DNA from: Cyanophora paradoxa CCMP329
Lineage: Eukaryota; Plantae; Glaucophyta
Direction of reading: 5' to 3'
Assembly (NCBI GenBank): GCA_004431415.1
Contig: QPMI01000577.1
Location: 1-64,000, forward strand
Length of the DNA stretch: 64,000 nt
Every line of letters begins with the position of its first letter. Position 1 is the first letter of the stretch. Shown here one piece after another: positions 48,831-61,419 of the stretch. The position numbers and the translations under genes are program-made. A model generated the notes under the pieces. The model saw only the letters and a program-made list of their open reading frames with translations. It was not told the origin of the DNA and made no database searches.

Positions 48831-49220
48831 CTTCCTAGAACCCCACGCGCCTCGTCGTCGTCGATATACATCGACCGCGAATGTCGATTCGAGGGCGGCA
48901 GAAGCGGAACAGGCTCGCGGTGGGGCCCCGCACGGTGGACTCGTTCTGGAGTGCGAACAAGGGGGGCTACTACGTATACGACCCGTGGGACACCTTCCTC
49001 CTCGACGGCGAGCGCCCCGCCCCCGCGGCCATGGCCAGTGATTCATACGACGCCTCCGGTACCGGTGATCGATGCCGCGCGCGGCGCTTGCATTGCCGAC
49101 TCCGACGCAGATTGGAACGGATACGAAGGCTCCAGCTCGAGCTCGTACGGGGCCTACGAATGGGGCGGCTTCGACGGCGGGAGCAGCGACGGCGGGGGCG
49201 GCGGGGGGGACGGCGATTAG
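46281..49220 (+). CDS. TPM-domain (DUF477) protein with TM segment, RING-H2 finger and Gly-rich tail; putative plastid transit peptide
   Basis: MAFLSAPP start; HVCNADSLLS...LERDRGFQ|IGYAV...|WGVGHRGQGDGVVVLLSAQDRRAYISTG; RING-H2 CALC...LPCGHQFHPRCL...CPVC; tail WGGFDGGSSDGGGGGG. Confidence 0.8.
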
Positions 49221-49488
49221 CCATGGACGGCGACGCTTCCCTTGTCGCAGTGCTAGTCTTCGAAATTCGATACTAGCTTTTCGCGAGGCTTCGGCTTAGT
49301 ATATGTGCACGAGCTTGAACCGTGAAGTCGGACAGCCTCTAGTCGCATGTGCGTACCCCTCGCAAGCAAGCGGTACCCCTCGCGAGCTCGCAGCAGCACT
49401 CGAGATTTACGACTCTCTACTCTCCCGCGAGCGATCCGTTGAAGCGCTCGCCCCGCCGCACGCAGCGGGCGGCCGCGGGCACCGCCGC

Positions 49489-49630
49489 TCAGCCGAACTC
49501 GTCGTCGTCGCCGCCGTGCGAGGGCGCGCGGCCCCGCGGCGAGGTCGACCGCTGCCCGCCCGCCGGCACCGCCAGCCTGCGCCCGGCCCCGGCCTCAGAA
49601 CAGAATCGAACTTCAAAATATGTTAAGATG

Positions 49631-49666
<36 letters not shown>

Positions 49667-49984
49667 TTAGAAGCGATGCGGCGCACTGCTTCTGGAAGGA
49701 ACGGCGGGAGGAGGTGGAGGCGGCGGCGGCGAGCTCGCCCTCCAGCTCGTCGTCGTCCTCCAACTCCACCAGCGACTTGCCCCGCAGGATCTAAGGCAGA
49801 GGAGAATAAGAACAAGGAAAAGAATAAGATCCAAGGATCTAAGTATCTAGCAGAGGCAGCTCAGCTGAGGCACGCCTAGGGGGAGGGGGGGGGGGTACCT
49901 GGGCGGCGACGGAGGACATGCCGCCACTGGAGCGCATGGAGGCCGAGGCGAGGGGCCCGGCCGCGGCGGAGGCCGGGCGGCCTC

Positions 49985-50015
<31 letters not shown>

Positions 50016-53000
50016 GGGGGCCGGGCCCGTCTGAGAGGACCAGGAGGCGCCCCCGATGGAGTAGCGGTGGCCCCGAGGCCGGGCCGGCCGGCCCCCGGCC
50101 CGTCCTCGTCCGACTCCCCGCTCGACTCGTCCGCGAAGGCCGGCGCCGAGGCCCGCCGCGGCCCGCTCGCCCCCCCGAACGACGAGGCGGCCAGGCGGGC
50201 GGGGCCCGGGGCCGGGGCCGGGGACGCCGCTTGGGCGCGCGCGGCCGGCTGGGACGCCGCCGCCGATGCGTGAGACTGCGGCTGCGACTGCGGCTGCGGC
50301 TGCGGCTGCGGCGCCTGCGCGCGCTCCAGGGCGCAGTCCTCCAGGTACGCCGCGATCTGGGGTTCGGTTTCAGACCGGGACACTTTACATCTAGAAGGGG
50401 GTACGCGCCTTGGAGAGGGCGGCGCGCTTGTCGGCGATGCGGTCTGGCACGACGGCTGCGGCGAGGCGGGGGAGGGAGGCCTGGCGGGGCGGGGAGGCGG
50501 CGGCTCAGGTGAGCCGCTCCACGGAGGGAGCGGGGCGGCTCACCTGAGGGGCGAGGGCGCCGCGGGCCGCGAGGGCGTTGCAGAGGTCGATCGCCCGCAG
50601 GAGGAGCGCTGCGGGGGCCGTTCGCGGGCGACCGGGCGGGGCGGGGCGGGAGGGGTACGCCGATCGCGAACCGGCGGCGGTGGGGTTCGCGGAGCGCGTG
50701 AAGTCGGCGAGCGTCGCGGTCCCGGGCGGCTGCGGCGGCGAAGTAAGCCCAGGGCGGGCCGGGCTCCACGGGGCCCCGAGGGGCGGACCTGCGCCAGGAG
50801 CCGCCGCTGCACGAACTCGGGAGAGAGTACCCCTGCGGGTTGCCTGGTCAGCGAGGGGGTGGGGGTGGGGGAGCGGGGAGGGGTACGGCGGCACCGTCGG
50901 GGAAGGAGCGGAGGCAGTCGAGGAAGGCGTCGGCGCAGGCTTCGATCGCGAAGCCGTCGGCCCGGCCCTCCGCCGCCGCCCGCCTGCGGCCGCTTAGAGG
51001 GGGTACGGCGAGGGGGGCAGGGAGCGGCCCGGGTACCGGATCATCTCGTCGCGCATGCGGGCGTTGGCGTGGCCGGAGAGGAGCCGCCCCTCGCCGCCCC
51101 GGGCCGCCCGCTCGACGTGGGCGGCCAGCGCCTGCGCCGCCCGCACGAGCTCCGCCGGGGCCAGCCCCTGCGCCGTCGCGCTGACCAGCGGGCCCCCGGG
51201 CGCCGCCGCCTGCCCCTGCTGCTGCCCCTGCCCCTGCTGCTGCTGGTGCTGATGGTGGTGGTGCGCGGGGGGCCGGGCCGCGGCGGGCCCCATCGGAAGG
51301 CCCGAGGGCGAGAGCATGCCCGTGCTCGATGCCATCGACCTGCCCAGCCCAACGTCGGCCCCCGGGGTACCGTCAAGGTAGGGGGGGTACGCGCACCGCT
51401 CGGAGGTCGGGTCCTCGTCGGGGCTGGGCGCGAGGAGGGGGCTCAGGGGGCGGCCGGCGCGGGCGGCGGGCGGATCCGCACCTGTCGCTGGCGTGCCCGC
51501 CCGCGCCGCCGCCGCCCGTCTCTGCCGCCGGCGGGCTCCCCCCGAGGGGGCTGCCCCCCTGCGGGCTTGAGCCCATGCCCCCCTCCCCGACGCCGGCGTC
51601 GGACCCGCGGGGGGTACCGGGGTCCGTCGGACCCTTCTTCTTCCCCTTCTGCGGGGCGCGTCGCCCGTCAGCGGGCGCCCCCCCAGCGCGAAGGCCCTGT
51701 ACCCCCCGCACCTTCCAGAACTTCCAGGAGACTTTCTTGGTACCCTTCCGGTCCTCGCTCGAGTCGTGCGTCGCGTGCAGCGTCGACGTCGACGCCTGCG
51801 GGGCGGGTCGGGAGGGGCGGGGGAGAAAGGCTGGGGGTACGCGTTTTCGGACCTGGTGGGAGCCCGGACCGGTGGACATGCGCCGGGCCTGCTCCGCGGC
51901 GGCCGCGGCGGCCGCCTCCGCCGCGCGGCGGCGCTGCTCCTGCTCGGCGGCCCGCCGGCGCTCCTCCTGCGGGATCGTGAGGACCCGGCGCCCGGCCCGG
52001 CCCCCGAGCGGGCCGGGACGCGGACCTCGACGCGCTGGGCGGCGAGCTGCCGCTCGTGCTCGACCTGCCGCGCCGCCGCCCGCTGCGCCTCCCGCTCCGC
52101 CTCCAGCTGCCGCCCCCGTCAGCCGGGCCGCGCGGGCCGGCCGGGCGGGCGGGCGGGGCGGGCGGGCCTGGGCCTGGAGCTTCCGCTGGCGCTCCTGGAG
52201 GAGCGCGAGCTGCTGCGCCTGCGCCTGCCGCAGCCGCTCCGCCTCCGCCTCCACCTTCTCCCGCCGCCGCCGCTCCCCCTCCGCCTCCGCCGCCGCCGCT
52301 GCCGCCGCCGCCTCCGCCTCCCGCCGCCTGCGCTCCGCCTCGTCCGCCTCCTGCCGCGCCCGCCGGTCCCGCTCTGCCCCCCGCCGCCCCCGTCAGACAG
52401 GCCGGGCCGCCCGCGGCGGCGCCGGGCGCGCACCCTCGGCGCGCTCGGCGTGGCCCTCTGCGACGAACTCCTCCACGCGGAGCTCCGGCGGGGGCCGCCG
52501 CCGCGCGTCCGGCGACGGCACCGACCCCGCGCGCTGCCGCCCCGTCGGGCCGCGCGGGGGGGCAGGAAGGGAGGGAGCTGCCGGGTACGGCACCTGCTCG
52601 CCCCGGGGCTCCCCGGCGCACCCCGCCGCGCCTCCATCTGCTGCGCGCTCAGAGGCGGCGGGCGCGGCGAAAGGGCGCGCGGCGCGCCTCCTGCCGGATC
52701 CGCGCCTCGCGCTCCGCCCGCTCCTTCAGTTCCCGCCGCACTTTCGCCTCCCGCTCCTCGCTCTCCCGCAGCTGCCGGCCCCGGCGCGGGCCCCCGCTCA
52801 GGCACCGGCCCGTCGGGGGCGCGGAAGCCGGGCGCCGGCACCCGCTTCAACAGCGCCTGGTGCTCCCGTTCCTTCTGCAGCAGCTCCGCCCGCTTCGCCG
52901 CGATCGCGCCCTCCACCTGCCCCCCGTCCCGTCGGCGGCGCGCCCGCCCGCCCGCGCGCCCGAATCGCGCACCCGGTCGCGCTCGGCGTCGACGAGGTCG

Positions 53001-54606
53001 CCGGCCCTGCGCCGCTCCTCCGCCGCCCGCGCCGTCTGCAGGCTGGGGCCCGGCACGCCCGGCGAGCCCACGCCGCCACGCCCGCCCGCCCCCGCCGCGC
53101 TCTCGTCGGGGTCCGTCTGCGGGGCCGTGGGCACGCGGGAGGGCCCATCCGAGGGGCGCCGGCGCGCACGACGGACGGCTCGTCGGCCCTGTACGAGTCG
53201 CCGAGCTCGGCGCGGGCGGCGGCGAGGTCCCGCGCCAGCGAGTCCCGCGCCGACGGCGACGCCGCCTGCCGCGCCACCGCCGCGTCCGCCTCCTGCCGCC
53301 CGCCCGCCCCCGTCGACCCCGGCGGAAGCGGCCCCGCGGGGCTTCGAACCCGGAGGACGGCCTCCGCGGTCTGCAGGAGCTCCGCCTGCCGGCGCCGCGC
53401 GGCCGCGTCCGCCTCGCCCCGCCGCTCGTGCTCCTCGCGCGTCCGCCCCATCAGCGCCTTCAGGTCCTCCTGTATCCGGCCTGCCGCGCCCCGGGGCGGG
53501 GCGCGCGTCAGGCCTCGCGGGAGGGGCCCGCGGGGATTCGAACCCATGCGCTCGCGGTGGTGCTCATGGGCCTCCTTGAGCGCCTTCTCCGCCGCGGCGC
53601 GCATCTCTTCCCGCGCCGCGTCCCCCAGCGCCCGCTCCATCTCCTTCGCTGCGCCACCGTCGGCGGGGCGGGCGGGGCGAGGGGAAAGGATCCGCTGACG
53701 AACCATCCTCGTCGAGCCGCCTGCGCTCGACCTCGCGCGCGATGGCTTCTCGCCGCTCCGCCTCCTGCACCGCCTGTAGCTGCTGCTTCTGCGGCGGGCA
53801 TTGGCGGCTGCCAGAAGATACGCTGGGGCCGGGCCGGGCACCCGCTTTGCGATGGTCTCGGCCAGGACGCGTTCCTTCTCGAAAGTAACGCTCGCTAGTC
53901 GCCTCCGCGCTTCTGCCCGCGCCGCCTCCGTCTCGTACTCGTGCACCTGTCGGATCTGCGCCGCCTTCTCTCTTAGCTACGATAGCACGGAGGCCGCGGC
54001 GGGCGCAGGCCTTGTGCCGCTCGACCTCCTCGCGCCACTGCGGCCACCAGCTCTTCATCCGCGCGAAGTAGTCCGCCTGCGTGGTCCGCTTGTCAGCAGC
54101 GATCGAGCGATTGGCAGCTTTGCTGGCGGGTGCAAGCCTTGAAGTGCTCGACGGAGGATCTTTGAAGCTTCAGCTGCGTATCCTTCGACATCTGCGCGCA
54201 ACAGGCGTGATGCGGTGCAGGGCGCGGCCTGCAGTGGTGCTCGAAGCGTGGCGCACCGCCTGCAGCGAGTTTGTGATGTCGTCCAGCTTGCCGCGCATGC
54301 TCTCGTTGCGAGCCTTGGCGATTCCAGACATCTCCTCCAGCGAGCGCATCAGCTGCTGCACGCTCAGCTGTGTGCGGCTTGAGCGGCTGTGCGGCAAGAA
54401 CCTGGCCGAGCGTGTCAACGCGGGCAACGCTTATGCGGCCCTCCAGCTCCAGCTTCCTGCGTATCTCGAACTCCAGCTGCTCTCTGCGCTGCCGCCTGCG
54501 CAGAGGCGTGGGTGTGGGTCCGTTCAAGTGCGCATCGGGCGCACAGCTCAAGCCGGCGCCGCTCCAGCGGGTCTGTCTGGTCCAGAAAGGTCTCCAGCGA
54601 AGCCAT
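49489..54606 (-). CDS. Large coiled-coil / low-complexity protein, multi-exon
   Basis: MASLETFLDQTDPLERRRLEL start; E/R/A/Q-rich coiled-coil exons; short globular C-terminal exons (RMRDEMIRY, ACADAFLDCL); ends GGDDDEFG*. Confidence 0.6.
49634..49663. repeat. (AG)n microsatellite
   Basis: About 15 AG units. Confidence 0.9.
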
Positions 54607-54703
54607 CCCGGCCCGCACGCTCCTCCGCTGAGGGTCGTTCGAATTTCCAGGCCGGCCAGTTGCAACGGAGGGAGGGTACCGCGACGGCAACCCGCTGTGA
54701 GCG

Positions 54704-56626
54704 ATGCATCTGGCGCGGGGGCACACAGCGAAGCGCTTGAAGACATTTGCGCTGTCTTCAAGTGCTTTTGCGCTGCCAGCGTACTCCAATGACTACACCG
54801 ACGCGAGCGCTTCGGAAGTTTACCTATCCGACCTGCCCGACGCCGTCCTCGGCCACATTTTTCAGAAAGCGTCTCTGCCATACGCCTGGCCGCTTCGCGG
54901 AGTGTGCAGGTCCGTCGCCGGGCCTCTCGCCGATGCGCGCGTTGATCATGGCCCGCGCCGACTCACGCGCGCGCCGCCGCGCAGGCGTTGGAGGAGCCTG
55001 ATTGAGAGCACAGCCTGGGAGGAAGTGGAGCTTCGGTCCAACTGCCCTCCTCCCGGCCATTTCGATCAGCTGGCGTCGCTCGTTCGGGCCGGGCAGATCA
55101 AGCTCGCCAGCCGCGCGTGTGCACGACTGCGCGTTGGAATGTGCCACGTGAACTACTTGAACTACATCGTCGTCGCTTCAGCGTGCGGCGTGCTGGCGGC
55201 CTGCAGCAAGGACGGCCGCCTGGCGGAGGCGGACGTGAGCTTTGGTATCCCCGAGATGTACGAGGGATTAGCTTATGAGAACGGCGGCATCCTTCATGCC
55301 TTCATGATCGGCACGCTCTCAGCACTTCGGCCGCAGCACCCAACGCGCAGCTCGCTCGAGAAGCTCTCCATCAGCGTCGCTCCTGACGACAAAGATTTCG
55401 TCGACGTCGACCTGGGCACGAGCACGCCGCCGTCAGCCGAGAATCTGCAAGCGGCTCTGGAGCCGTTGGGCAGCATTCGCTCCCTGAAGATCATGCCGAA
55501 CGCGTTTCGCGTAGACAGCGCAGCGGCGGCGGCCATCGCCAGCAGCCTCCCGAAGCTCCAGTCCATCTACTTCCAGCCAGCAGACTGCGGGGCGATGGCC
55601 GCTCTCGCGCGCCTGTCGTCTCTGAGCGACGTGCTCATCCGGTGGTCTGATTTCGGAGATGAAGTGGCGCCTTGGGAGATCAGCGACGCCCTGTCTGCCC
55701 TGGCCGAGGGTCCCGCCGGCAAGTCGCTTCAGTCGCTTGTCCTGGACGACTCGTCTTTCTGGTGCGCAGTCGCATTCTCGGTCCTCGTTCATTTTTCTTT
55801 CAATTGATCCCCCCCCCCCCCCCCCCCCCAGGAACCAATTCCCCATCAACAGCGCGGCGTTGCGCAGCATCGCGCGTTTCCCGCTCCTAAAAAAGATGGC
55901 TCTACCGGTTTGCCAGCTTTCTTTCGTTTCCGCTGCGGCCTTAAGCTTTCGCCCACTGAAACCGGATCGCGAACCGCAGCTGAGCCACCCCGACCTGCTC
56001 CCCGCCGACCTGGCTGCCTTCCGCTCGCCGAGCCTGCGGGCGGTGGTGGCGCGGATCGAGAGGCCGGGGTTCACTTCTGAGCGGCTCCGGGCGCTCGAGG
56101 CGGCCCTCGCCGGCTGCCCGGATCTGGAGTGGCTGGATCTGGATCTCTGCATTCCAGGTACCGTCCACTCATTTGTTGATCGCTTGTTCGACTTTGAGCG
56201 TCTCCCAGATGCCGGCGCCGCCGACGCGAGGGAGGCTCTTGCAAGCCTCTTCCGTGCATGCGCGCCGTCGCTCTGCGAGCTGTCGCTCGAGCTCGGCCGC
56301 TTCCTGCAAGCGGGGGAGATCCAAGCGCTCGCGGAGTGCACCAGGCTCGAGCTTCTGCTCATGCGCTGCTCCGTGCGCTCGATCGCGGAGATCGGACCCC
56401 TTCAGGTGCGCCGCGCGCGCCTGCAGCTGCAGCCCCATCCGTATGGCCCTGACCCCCCCGGAAGCGCCTGGGATCGTACCCCGGCATGCTCGCGATCCGG
56501 TCCACGGCGATCGACATCCAGGTCGAGGGCCAGGAGGCAGGGTACGAGGCGATCGTCGGGCGGCTGGTGCAGGACGCGTGGCCGGCCGCCGAGGTCAACG
56601 CCTGGTTCGCGGCGGCGCCGGCGTGA
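54704..56626 (+). CDS. F-box / LRR-like protein (paralogue 2)
   Basis: LSDLPDAVLGHIF...LRGVC|RRWR F-box; shares VASACGVLAACSKDGRLAEAD, SSLEKLSI, LLPADLAAF and DAWPAA with 15115-17245. Confidence 0.8.
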
Positions 56627-56850
56627 GCGCCAGCGCTGGCCGTAGCCTGGAGCCGTATGCCATGATTTATCATAGTATTACGACTATGAAGAGATGTATG
56701 AGGCCTCAAGGTTTAGGCTCCGGGTATTATGCATGTGCCATGGTCATGATTCATGTTGGTCATTTAATTGTAATTTCCGCCTCTTCGTCTTGTTGTTCCT
56801 CTTACCTGTCCGCTTCCTGTGATCTATCTCTCTTACTGCTGTCGTCCTTC

Positions 56851-56944
56851 GTCAGTTTCGTCTCCGCAAACTAGTGATGTGGTCGTCAGTTTCGTCTCTG
56901 CAAACTAGTGATATCATAGTATGGTCGCTCTGCAAACTAGTGAC
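56851..56944. repeat. Short tandem repeat (gcaaactagtga x3)
   Basis: gtcagtttcgtct.cgcaaactagtgat repeated at ~34-bp spacing. Confidence 0.7.
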
Positions 56945-57269
56945 GTTGGTGTTAGCCCTAGCTCTTTTTTGTGTCTGTCATCCTCTAGATCTGCTCGGTT
57001 TCAATCTTTCTCGCGATCCGATGATCGCCTGACCGTCGGACTCTGTGTCTTTTGTTGTCGGTTTTGGCTCTTCGTCTTGCTTCTGTTGTCCCTGCGCCCC
57101 CTGGGCAGTTGTCCCAGTGCTGGTGTATATGGCTATATATGGCCTGGAGAAATCATTGAATCGAACATTTGCAAATGGAATTCGAAGCTTCGTGTTTACA
57201 TGTACAGGAAGCTTAAGCTCAAGCTTTCATTTGGATCCGGAATCGAAGCGCGCGACATAATGTCATCAA

Positions 57270-60200
57270 TTAGAATTTACAGGTCCTGTCGACTGTACAT
57301 GTCGTGAGCCGCGAGCAGTTGGAACCGAACGCGTCCGACCGTCGGACGGTCCGCACTGCAGCTTCGTCCGCATATGTGCACGGTTATCGAAGCGTCTAAC
57401 TCACGGAGCGCACCTGCAGCCCAGGGTTCCCGCGGGCCGTTAAGAATAGGTGGCAAAAATAATTCAACGAATCAGAGGGACGCGCGCACGAGGTGGAGGT
57501 GCCCGAGCAGGCGCACTTCTCCGCGGGGCAGGCGCTGGCGTCCGGGCAGCGGAGGCACCGGCCCCCGCAGCACCTCCCGTTCTGGAAGTGGCCCAGGTAG
57601 TCCCACGCGGCTGCCCGCCCAAATCGAGAGAGAGACGGTTTGAATATTCGAATTCGAAGTTAAGAGGTGCGTGATTTGGAGCGGACCGCAGCCGGAGCCG
57701 TCGGGGCAGGCGGTCGGGCACGCTTCGCAGCCGGAGGGGCAGTTCAGGCAGGTGAACGGCGACGAGGCGAACCTGCGGGCCACAAATTGAATTTAAAGGC
57801 CAGGTCTAGGCGAGCTCAAGGGGAAATTTTAACAGAGGGCGCGCGGGGGCAGCCCACACATTAAATTAACGCGGGGGCAGTACGGGCGAGAACCAGATCT
57901 AGAGCCGGGCTCGAGAGGAAATCAAACAGAAGGCGCGCCCCGGCGCCGGCGCCGGCGCGGATCGAAAGCGGACGCGGACCTGCAGGTGCCCGGGTTGCAC
58001 TCGCAGGCCGCCCCCAGCGAGGGGCACGTCCCGCCAGCTGCGCCGTCATTTTTATAATTACACGACTCGGTGATCATGAGTCTGAGAGCCGACAGATCTA
58101 GAGAATATATATATTAAAGAACCGTACCGCATTCGGAGTCCTGGCAGCAGCCTTCCTCGCCGATGCACCCGCCGGCCCCGCCGTTCGCGCGCTGGCAGAA
58201 CCGCAGCGGGGAGGTGCACGTCGGCGGTGGCGGCGGCGACGGAGTACTGGAGGGCGTCGGGGTGGCCGTAGGCGTCGTGGAGCACTTGTTGTCGACGCAC
58301 TCCTGATCATGAGACTCCGCTGCGCGCGCGTGCATGTAATTTAATTTCGAATTTCCGACTGAATTCGAATTCCCCGATCTCGTCGAGTCGATCGCGTGCG
58401 AACGAAATGTGGAAGAAACTCACAGCAATCCGCCTTGGTGCAACCTGTGAGTTCAATAAAGTAATCAACGATTGATCATGACGTCGACTGTACTTTGTTA
58501 AACTGCGAGCTCCAGCTGCAGCTTACACTGCACGCAGGGCCCGGTGAGGAAGCAGCGCCTCAGTCCGTCCGAGCACGGCGGGGGAGTGGGCGCCTCGCCT
58601 GCGCGCCTGCACTTCCCGTCCACGCACACATCGGTTCCGACTGCGAGTTCGAAACCGAAGTAAATAAAATTTTGAAGTGACATCGAAGTCGACATGTACA
58701 TGCTCGGGTCCTGGATTAATATTGCTGCGCATGCACGTGAACATGCGCGCGCACCGCAATGCAAATCGTAACAGCCTGCCCGCGCATAATTATAAGACCG
58801 AAGAGCTAAAATGTCGACCGCTCGACGAAGACAACTACTTACACTCTGCACACTTGCCGTTGGGACAGAGGCGCTGGTTGCCGGGACACGTATCAACAGG
58901 AATGGCTGGTCTGCATTCTCCGTTCACACAACTCTCATTTTCAGCTGCACGCGGTTTCAATTATCCATTTCGAAGAAGTCTGATTCGTGCGCGCTTTATA
59001 TTTTAATTAGCGCCCAGCCCATCATGGACGCACAGCAATCTGTCCTCTCGCAGCCTGCAATATTATAATTAGTTGAGATCAAAGTTCATTCATAATCAGG
59101 AATTCAAAAGCTTGCGATCGGGCTGGAGCTCGAGAAATCGATCAAGCTACTCACATTGCTGACAGCGGCCGTTGGCCCCAGACCCAGGGCAGCGACGAGT
59201 GTTGTCGGGGCACGGTTGGCATACGAGTTTCGAGCAATCGCCGCCCGGGCCGTTGCATACACATTGCTGATTTTGTGCTGCTCGAGAAATTGATATTACT
59301 ACAGATATCGATGCAAATTTGCATGCGAAGCTTAAGCCCCGATGATGCACGTACAGCAGTCAGTCTGCACGCAGCCTGCACTCGCAATTCGTGATCAGCC
59401 GCAGGTGCCGTCGCCGGAGTTTAATTTGGCAGGGTCGCGCGCACATTGCTGGCAGGTTTCGTCGCTGCAGAGCTTCTCGTCCGGGGGGCACTCGGGAGGA
59501 GGCTCGGGCCTCCCGCCGCCACCGCCGGGGGGGGAGTACCCGCGGGGCGGCCAAAAGAACCCGGGGGGCCACGGCCAGCCGTAGGGGGGCCACCAGCCCG
59601 GCGGCCAGTCTCCCAAGCGCGGCCGCGGGGGCCAAACGTAGCCGGGAGGCCAGTTGGAGGGGCGAGGCCAGCCGGCGGGCACCGCTGGGTACGCCGTGTC
59701 GCTGCGCATTCTCGTTGTCTCAACGGCCGATCGCAAGGCCCGCGGCGGCCCCGCGCATTTGGTGCTCGTCGCGCCCGATGTCGACGCCACGCACGTTCCG
59801 CCCGCTGTCCATGGGCGAAATTGTGATCAGCCACGAGCCGGTTCACGCGGGAATCGATGCAAATGACCATATGGCCATGGGCCCGGGCGAAATTGTGATC
59901 AGCCAAGAGCCGGCGCCGGCCACGAGCCATGTATAGGCGCCGATTTCGAAATCCATGCCCGGCGGCCGCGCGATTATAAAACCGATTATATAAGTTCGAA
60001 ATTTATTTGAAGCTAGCGCTTGAGGGACTCACGGCAATCAGCATCCGAACAACCTGCATGCGTGGCAGCGCTCTCAATATTAATCGCAGAACAACGCACG
60101 CGAAAATTCCACGAGACGCACAGACTTTGCATATGCCGTCGGGACAGCGGCGCTCGGTCGGAGGGCACACCGGCTTGCAAGAGTCGTCCACGCATTCATC

Positions 60201-60503
60201 CGATCCAGCTGCGCATGCGTATATATACGTACACGTATATATCCGCGCACGCGCAATCAAATTGAAATATCAATGAATTTCCAGGCCTAGGAGCACGGCG
60301 GAATTGAGGGGAACGTGATGCAATTAAATGCATGTGCGCATGCACATCGCGAAAACCAATCGGCAGGCGGCGCGCGCACCGCATGTGGAGGTGGAGTTGC
60401 AGGATTCGCCGGAGCTCGAGGCGCCCGCGCAGGTGGAAATCAGCTGGAGGAATCCGAGGGCCAGGAGGAGCAGCTGCCATGTTCGTTTCGAGTCGCGTCC
60501 CAT
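57270..60503 (-). CDS. Secreted Cys-rich repeat protein
   Basis: MGRDSKRTWQLLLLALGFLQLISTCAG signal peptide; repeated CVDxxC...CPxxxRxC exons; W/P-rich insert; ends TVDRTCKF*. Confidence 0.75.
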
Positions 60504-61419
60504 CGCGGACGGCTGCGATATCGACGCACTGCAATTGTTTATGAATTCGACTCGGCGAATTCGCGCGCTATCGATATCGCAATTTTTTCGGGCTCTCTAG
60601 ATCTAACTAGGCGAGCCCGGACGCATGCGCAGTGGAACACGTACGTGCACGGACGCAATCGAAGCCGCTGATCGAGCGCACCGTCGAAGCGCAAAACTGG
60701 GGGAGATCTAGATGCCAGAGCTCGAGAAGAATCTCCTCATCGGTGTAACTCCTCGCGAGGAGCTCGAGCCTCATGATCAGGAGGGGAAAATTAGGTTGCA
60801 ATTCGAATTCAATGATTGGAGATAACGGCGCCTTCTTCATTTTCGCGCCAAGGTTCCTTCTGAATTTTTCGCGCGGAGGATGGAGGGGCCGCCGGGCGCC
60901 GCGGAGGCAGCCTGACACGGGGGCCCGGGGCCAAAATCGAATCACACTGTTGGAATTACGATGAAACGCACAGGAATGGAACGCGAGTCTACACACGGCC
61001 TGCAGATCTAGAGGTCCTGGCGCGCCGCGGAGGACAAGGGCGGGGCACGCGCGTCGCGAGCTGTGGCCGGTCGCGCGAGCGCCGGCGGCCCCCCTCGCGC
61101 CGCGCCGCGCTGAGCCTTGGAGCGAGCGGGGCGGGGCCGCGGCTTTGCGCTGCGCTGCGCTGCGCTGCGCTGCGCGCCGAGCCGGCTAGATCGTCGTGGG
61201 GGCGCGCTAGGAGGGAGGGCGGGGTCCCGCGGATGCGCCGCGGGGTGGAGGCGGGGTGAGGGGAGGTCCTGTCTAGAGCTCGCGGCCGCGGGCGGGCGAG
61301 GCAGGGGGGCGGCGGGGCGAGCGGCTGGGGCGGGCGGGGCGGGGCGGGGCGGGCGGGGCGGGCGGGGCGGGGCGGGGCGGGGCGGCGGGGGGCCGCGCGC
61401 GACGGGCGCGCCGAGCGGT

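Noticed and set aside
51329-53898. Very long + strand ORFs (789, 710 and 507 aa)
   Set aside because: R/P/A/G-rich antisense shadows caused by extreme GC content; the coding signal is on the - strand.
54170-54606. Kizuna-like identity for the coiled-coil gene
   Set aside because: The resemblance (LE.E...KARNE) is too weak to separate from generic coiled-coil similarity.
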